Shown here piece by piece: positions 61,183 to 64,000 of a stretch of 64,000 bases of DNA. Every line of letters starts with the position of its first letter. Position 1 is the first letter of the stretch. The position numbers and the translations under genes are program-made. The stretch comes from Vicugna vicugna. Its lineage: Eukaryota. Location: NCBI GenBank assembly GCA_013265495.1, contig MU057651.1, positions 2,394,948 through 2,458,947 of the forward strand, read 5' to 3'. The notes beneath the pieces are model-generated. The model saw nothing but the letters and a program-made list of their open reading frames with translations, was not told where the DNA came from and searched no databases.

Positions 61183-62394
61183 GAGAGAACGTATTAATTT
61201 GATAAGTCAAAACACAACCAGTGGAACTGAATTCTATAGATTTAGTACATACCCCTCCTGTAAATCAGGGTGTGGGCTTTTGCGTTCGCCCACTTAATAG
61301 GAAACACACACTCCCAAAGCGGAAAAGTCGCACATACCATTGGTAATAACCAATTTGAAATATATTTTTAGGCGACATTCAGAATGAGGCAATGAAGACA
61401 CAAAAATTTTTAGCAACGATCTTAGCGGGTAGCGTGCAGGGCATGGTGAGAAGTCCAGCAAAGCATCCTGAGGCGAGACCGAGCACAGGGGAGCCTGCAG
61501 ACACGGCACGTGCGTCCTCCGGAATCTGGGCCGGGTTTAATGTGATATCGATTTGTCCATCTTAGTAGAATATTGGCAAGTGTATCTGGAAAAATAAATG
61601 AGGGAAGTGGCATTTTTTTTTAAAGAAGAAGGATGATGCTATATGAAAATGTAGCTGTGTCACAGACATCTTTGAAGAACACAGACAAATCAACGCTTGA
61701 GACGGGTAAACCCTCCAAAGACCCCGGGGTGAGTCAGCACATCCTGGCTGAGCCAGGAGGAAGCACACAGCAATGCGGTCCAAGTGGACCCTTCAGAACC
61801 GGTGTCAGAAGAACTGACTGGCCGTTGGGAAGACAATATCAGTTTCCATTTCTTGCTTCTTACACGTGAGGATCCACTGCAGGGAGATGACAGAGTTATC
61901 TTTCCAGAGATCCAATCAAGAAAGCTGGGATGCAGCCGGACTGTGCGGGATTCAAAGCTGTGTCCGCAGTTCTGGAAAGAAAGGGAGGATTCAGAGAAGT
62001 AAGGCTGGGCTGGAAACACTCCCTGAACCAACGCCCGCCTCCCCAGTTTCACGATTTCCTGCTGGGCGGCGTCATTGGGTCTTCGGTTGGCTGTGTGTTC
62101 AGGGCCCCGGAGCTCTGGGCCCTCTCCCCGCGTTGCCGGGAGTCGGTGAAGCATCTTGGTGGCCACGTGCCTTCTGCATCTTAGTTTGTGGTGCTGGTCG
62201 TTAGAATGGGGCCCTTACATCACGTCCAGCTCTGAAAGTCCTTTGATCCTCAAGATTGCTGCTGTCCGGATGGACTGGATCGGTGCCTGGGGGGAGGATG
62301 TGAGAAGTTGAGGGCTGATCAGACCGATGTCAGTTCGAACGCTGGGCGAGACCGAATCCTCTCACTGTAAGTGCTTCTAAACCGGCCTCTCTAA

Positions 62395-62553
<159 letters not shown>

Positions 62554-63221
62554 TAAACGTTTGCTGTCCCTTAAAACCACCACCACGCGGGTGCTTTTAG
62601 CCTCAGGCCGTAATGAGTGGAGGGTAGAAGAGAGGGAAAAAGTAGCTCCTTTTTTTAAAAAAGCAAAATTTGGTAAGCGTACCATTTTGGAATTCATTTT
62701 TTTTTCCAATAGGCTTCTTAAAAATAACAAACCTCCCTCCCAAGGATTTTTTTTTAGACGTGGGTTTGCAGCGTCCGGGGAAGTCACCTGTGGGCGCTGG
62801 GTGTCCACCTGGGGGAGCCCGGGGTGCTGCGCACAGGGCTCGGACCCCCCCCCGGACCTGAGCAACCTCTCTGAGCATCAGGTGCCCATTTTTCACAAGA
62901 AGCTCATAATATCCCCACATGGGCGACTTTGGAGGTTTAAAGGGCAGAGCGTCGCAGCAGCTGGCCCAGGAGGTGCCCGGTAAAGAGGAGACACAGCCAT
63001 GGTGGCTGTTCTCACCACCGCGTCTCTCCCAGTGCCCGGTGCCCGGTGCCCGGTGCCTTCAGGGCGGGGCAGCCCTTGCCTCCAGGGGCTTGTGTCCACT
63101 GTGGGTGACAGACACACGCACCATTCGCCCCCATGCAGGCCAGACACTGGAGTGCAGGCAGCAGGACACCTGGGCAGTGGAGGGGAGGCGCGGCCACCTG
63201 CCTGCACTACCACCGTGGCCA

Positions 63222-63340
63222 AGGTACTCAACCTCTCTGAGCCTTGGCCCCCTCTTTACGCATCTCACAGGGTTTTGTGCACACAGATGAACAGCAAGGC
63301 TGTGAGAGCATTTAGAAACCCTCAGTGTGATGATAATACC
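63222..63340. mobile_element. MIR fragment
   Basis: gtggccaaggtactcaacctctctgagcct...ctcacagggttttgtg...atgaacagcaaggctgtgagagcattt. Confidence 0.6.
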
Positions 63341-63366
63341 ATGAAGATAATGTGGAAAGTGGAGCA

Positions 63367-63513
63367 TGGGGGCGGGTCATGTCCAGGGGAGAGGACCGTG
63401 GGGAGAGGGTCATGCCCAGGGGAGAGGACCATGGGGGGAGGGTCATGCTCAGGGGAGAGGACCGTGGGGAGAGGGTCATGCCATTGGGGGAGGGTCACGT
63501 CCAGGGGAGAGGA
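63367..63513 (+). repeat. 33-bp G-rich minisatellite, about 4.5 copies
   Basis: gggtcatg recurs at 63374, 63407, 63440 and 63473, followed by a truncated unit; unit is approximately gggagagggtcatgcccaggggagaggaccgtg. Confidence 0.93.
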
Positions 63514-64000
63514 TTAGGACTCTGTTGCAGAACACTTTTACGAACCACCCACCGGCCAGATAGACAGTGCCAGGAGACCCCACGTGGATGGCAGCCCGTG
63601 CGCCGTGAGCATGAGGCGGGCGGTCCATTTCCCCAGCAGGGCAGGAGGGAGGTGACCCGCGGGGGTGGGGTCTCAGGTGGCCAGGCTGCGGTGAGAAGGC
63701 AGTGGTCCCCGGCTCCTCCCCGATGTCCGCTTGGTGATGGTGGTGGGGAACCTATAAGGTGGTATGATTTTGCTCAGAGGGGCATACATTTTTGCTTTAT
63801 TGACACACAATCTCTGAATAGAGTGTTTGAACTTGGGCATGAGTGTAGATAAGCTCCCTCACCATTGTGTCGTCAAAGAGCTGATGCTCTGAGATACCCA
63901 GACACAGGTGCATGTGACCGACAATGCCCATCAGGAAAGGGACAGCAGTGCTCAGCATTGCTAACTGCTGTCTTGAGTCCACGTGGCGAGGGTGGGAAGA

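Noticed and set aside
62784-62799. CTCF-like motifs (also at about 38042, 44573, 32596)
   Set aside because: 11-13/14 matches to a degenerate GC-rich consensus are common at this base composition; not supportable without ChIP or PWM data.
63352-63852. ORFs with 11-aa peptide repeats (GSCPGERT)
   Set aside because: Translation of the 33-bp intronic minisatellite; no splice or coding evidence.

Overview
Mammalian genomic DNA covering most of the IKZF1 (Ikaros) gene on the + strand. I find coding exons 2-7 with canonical AG/GT borders and the expected lengths (40 coding nt, then 120, 261, 168, 126 and 135 nt), encoding the N-terminus and zinc fingers 1-4. There is also an intact 60-nt alternative exon (3B / IK-H type) in intron 3. 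Exon 1 and the last exon (dimerisation fingers) lie outside the window. The tRNA-derived SINEs resemble the camelid Vic-1 family, so the species is probably a camel, alpaca or llama (inference). The introns are GC- and CpG-rich and carry SINE, L1, MIR, L3 and MER relics, several of which appear shifted AT->GC relative to consensus sequences as I recall them. There is one 142-N assembly gap. The most notable unexplained structures are a 120-bp, 90%-identical direct repeat bracketing exon 4, an older duplicated motif-rich block in intron 2, a higher-order tandem array grown from a SINE tail and its target site, and a candidate poison micro-exon. Nearly all ORF-track entries other than those overlapping the exons or L1 are spurious. 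I see no evidence of a novel multi-gene system, and all comparisons to other species or consensus sequences are from memory, not from a search.
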